From Thermoproteota archaeon (GTDB lineage: Archaea > Korarchaeota > Korarchaeia > Korarchaeales > Korarchaeaceae): 64,000 bases of DNA. How positions within the stretch are numbered: the stretch's first letter is position 1; each line of letters begins with the position of its first letter. Shown piece after piece: positions 62,590-64,000 of the stretch. The notes under the pieces are model-generated. The model worked only from the letters and a program-made list of their open reading frames with translations, was not told where the DNA came from and ran no database searches. The stretch covers positions 672,001-736,000 of the forward strand of contig JALSOH010000004.1 in the NCBI GenBank assembly GCA_026986575.1. Direction: 5' to 3'. A program made the position numbers and the translations under genes.

Positions 62590-64000
62590 GTGACGGCCTT
62601 TGCTGAGATAAAGGTCTATAACACCTTGTCCAAATCGCTCGAGAAGTTCATCCCTCTCCACGGTAAGAGGGTCTTCATGTTCGTGTGCGGCCCCACAGTC
62701 TACGATTACTCGCACTTGGGACACGCTAGGACCTACGTGTTTTATGACACACTAGCTAGGTTCCTGAGGAAGATGGATTACTCGCTCTTCTACCTCCAGA
62801 ACATAACTGATGTGGACGATAAGATCGTGAACAGGGCTAGAGACGAGGGTAGACATCCCCTAGAGCTGGCTAGGGAGTTCGAAAACTACTACCACGATGA
62901 CATGGCTGCCCTGAACGTGACAAGCGTCAATCTCTATGCTAGAGCCTCCGATTACCTGCCGGAGATATTCGAGCAGGTGAGGGCTCTCATAGAGAAGGGA
63001 CATGCTTACGTTACCGAAACTGGCGTGTACTTCGATATAACGACCTTCCCTGACTACGGGAAGCTGTCCGGCCAGAAGCCAGAGGAGCTGCGGGTCCACA
63101 GGATAGAGCCCGACCCGACCAAGAGGAACCCCGGCGACTTCGCCCTCTGGAGGAACAGACCGAGAGAGGAGTTCGGGTGGGAATCCCCTTGGGGCTATGG
63201 GAGGCCCGGGTGGCACATAGAGGACACTGCGATCTCGATAAAACACTTCGGGAAGCAGTACGACATCCACGGCGGAGCGATAGAGCTTGCCTTCCCCCAC
63301 CACGAGGCCGAGATAGCTCAGGCGGAGAGCTACACTGGGGTGAAGCCCTTCGTTAAGTACTGGATCCACACAGGCCTGCTTACAGTCGAGGGGGAGAAGA
63401 TGTCCAAGTCCTTGGGCAACTTTGTGACCATAAGGGAGGCCCTGAAGGAGTACGATCCCAATGTGCTCAGGATATTCCTCCTATCGAGGCATTACCGCTC
63501 TCCCATCGACTTTAGGTGGGAACTCTTGGACCAAGCGAAGAGCAGCTACGAGAGAATATTGAACGGATACGGAAACCTCATGGACATGGATATCGTGGAG
63601 GAAGCGAGTGAACGCGAAGCTATTTTCTTAGAGGAGGTCAGCAGGATCAGGCGTAGATTCTTCGAGGCGATGATGGACGACCTGAATACAGCTGAAGCTT
63701 TGGCTCAACTCTTTGAGCTGGTAAGGGCCGTGAACTCCTACTACGAGGAGAGAGGCCAGATCACAGCTGAGAGCAGGGTAGAGGTGATCGCGGCCTTTAC
63801 AGATATGTTCAATGTGTTGGGACTGAGAATAGGAGGTGGCTACGACGAGTCAATGCTCCGCAATCTCGTTAGCATCCTGATAGATGTGAGGGCCGTCCTC
63901 AGGAAGAGGAAAGAATATGATCTCGCGGATGAAATAAGGGCCAGACTTAGGGAAATAGGTATAGAGCTGCAGGATATCCCGGAAGGGACGAAGTGGAGGC
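62590..64000 (+). CDS. cysS: Cysteine--tRNA ligase (3' end outside window; not in ORF track)
   Basis: My translation gives IKVYNTLS, MFVCGPTVYDYSHLGHAR, NITDVDDKI, DFALW, GRPGWHIE, DIHGG..L.FPHHE.E, KMSKSLGN. Confidence 0.95.
   Translation, partial: MTAFAEIKVYNTLSKSLEKFIPLHGKRVFMFVCGPTVYDYSHLGHARTYVFYDTLARFLRKMDYSLFYLQNITDVDDKIVNRARDEGRHPLELAREFENYYHDDMAALNVTSVNLYARASDYLPEIFEQVRALIEKGHAYVTETGVYFDITTFPDYGKLSGQKPEELRVHRIEPDPTKRNPGDFALWRNRPREEFGWESPWGYGRPGWHIEDTAISIKHFGKQYDIHGGAIELAFPHHEAEIAQAESYTGVKPFVKYWIHTGLLTVEGEKMSKSLGNFVTIREALKEYDPNVLRIFLLSRHYRSPIDFRWELLDQAKSSYERILNGYGNLMDMDIVEEASEREAIFLEEVSRIRRRFFEAMMDDLNTAEALAQLFELVRAVNSYYEERGQITAESRVEVIAAFTDMFNVLGLRIGGGYDESMLRNLVSILIDVRAVLRKRKEYDLADEIRARLREIGIELQDIPEGTKWR

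Overview
Gene-dense chromosomal window from an archaeon. Ribosomal L13e, a LysW pathway, tungsten AOR, GGTGA-type Shine-Dalgarno sites, TATA promoters and many TTG/GTG starts point to a thermophilic TACK-type lineage; Korarchaeota-like is my inference. Content in order: lysZ-lysW-lysX-lysJ-lysK; an archaeal AAA ATPase; a radical SAM enzyme; rpl13e; a TrmB regulator; pncA; a CstA/twin-ArsA cluster; ubiA-ubiD; an intact HEPN-MNT pair; an NMT1/SsuA-type ABC transporter; a phosphohexomutase; AOR; two Dpp/Opp peptide ABC operons separated by a decayed MntA-HepT pair and nfeD-stomatin; a class III PLP enzyme; phoU; lysA; a dipeptide epimerase; amrS; a long KamA-like radical SAM; a Liv ABC operon; a cysteine-synthase-like enzyme; surface proteins; a SagB-type nitroreductase; and a truncated cysS. 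I found no rRNA, tRNA, CRISPR array or IS element. The best candidate for an undescribed system is 10461-15996. It holds a CstA transporter flanked by two paralogous small proteins, two tandem ArsA/Get3-family ATPases without metalloid-binding cysteines (one with a natural switch-I Asp-to-Asn change), and a divergent membrane protein that resembles eukaryotic CCDC47. The second candidate is a D-amino-acid/diaminopimelate peptide-scavenging neighbourhood (35543-46619). Two real small genes are missing from the ORF track: lysW (685-855) and a 50-aa membrane protein (41178-41330). All family assignments come from motif recognition by eye, not database searches.
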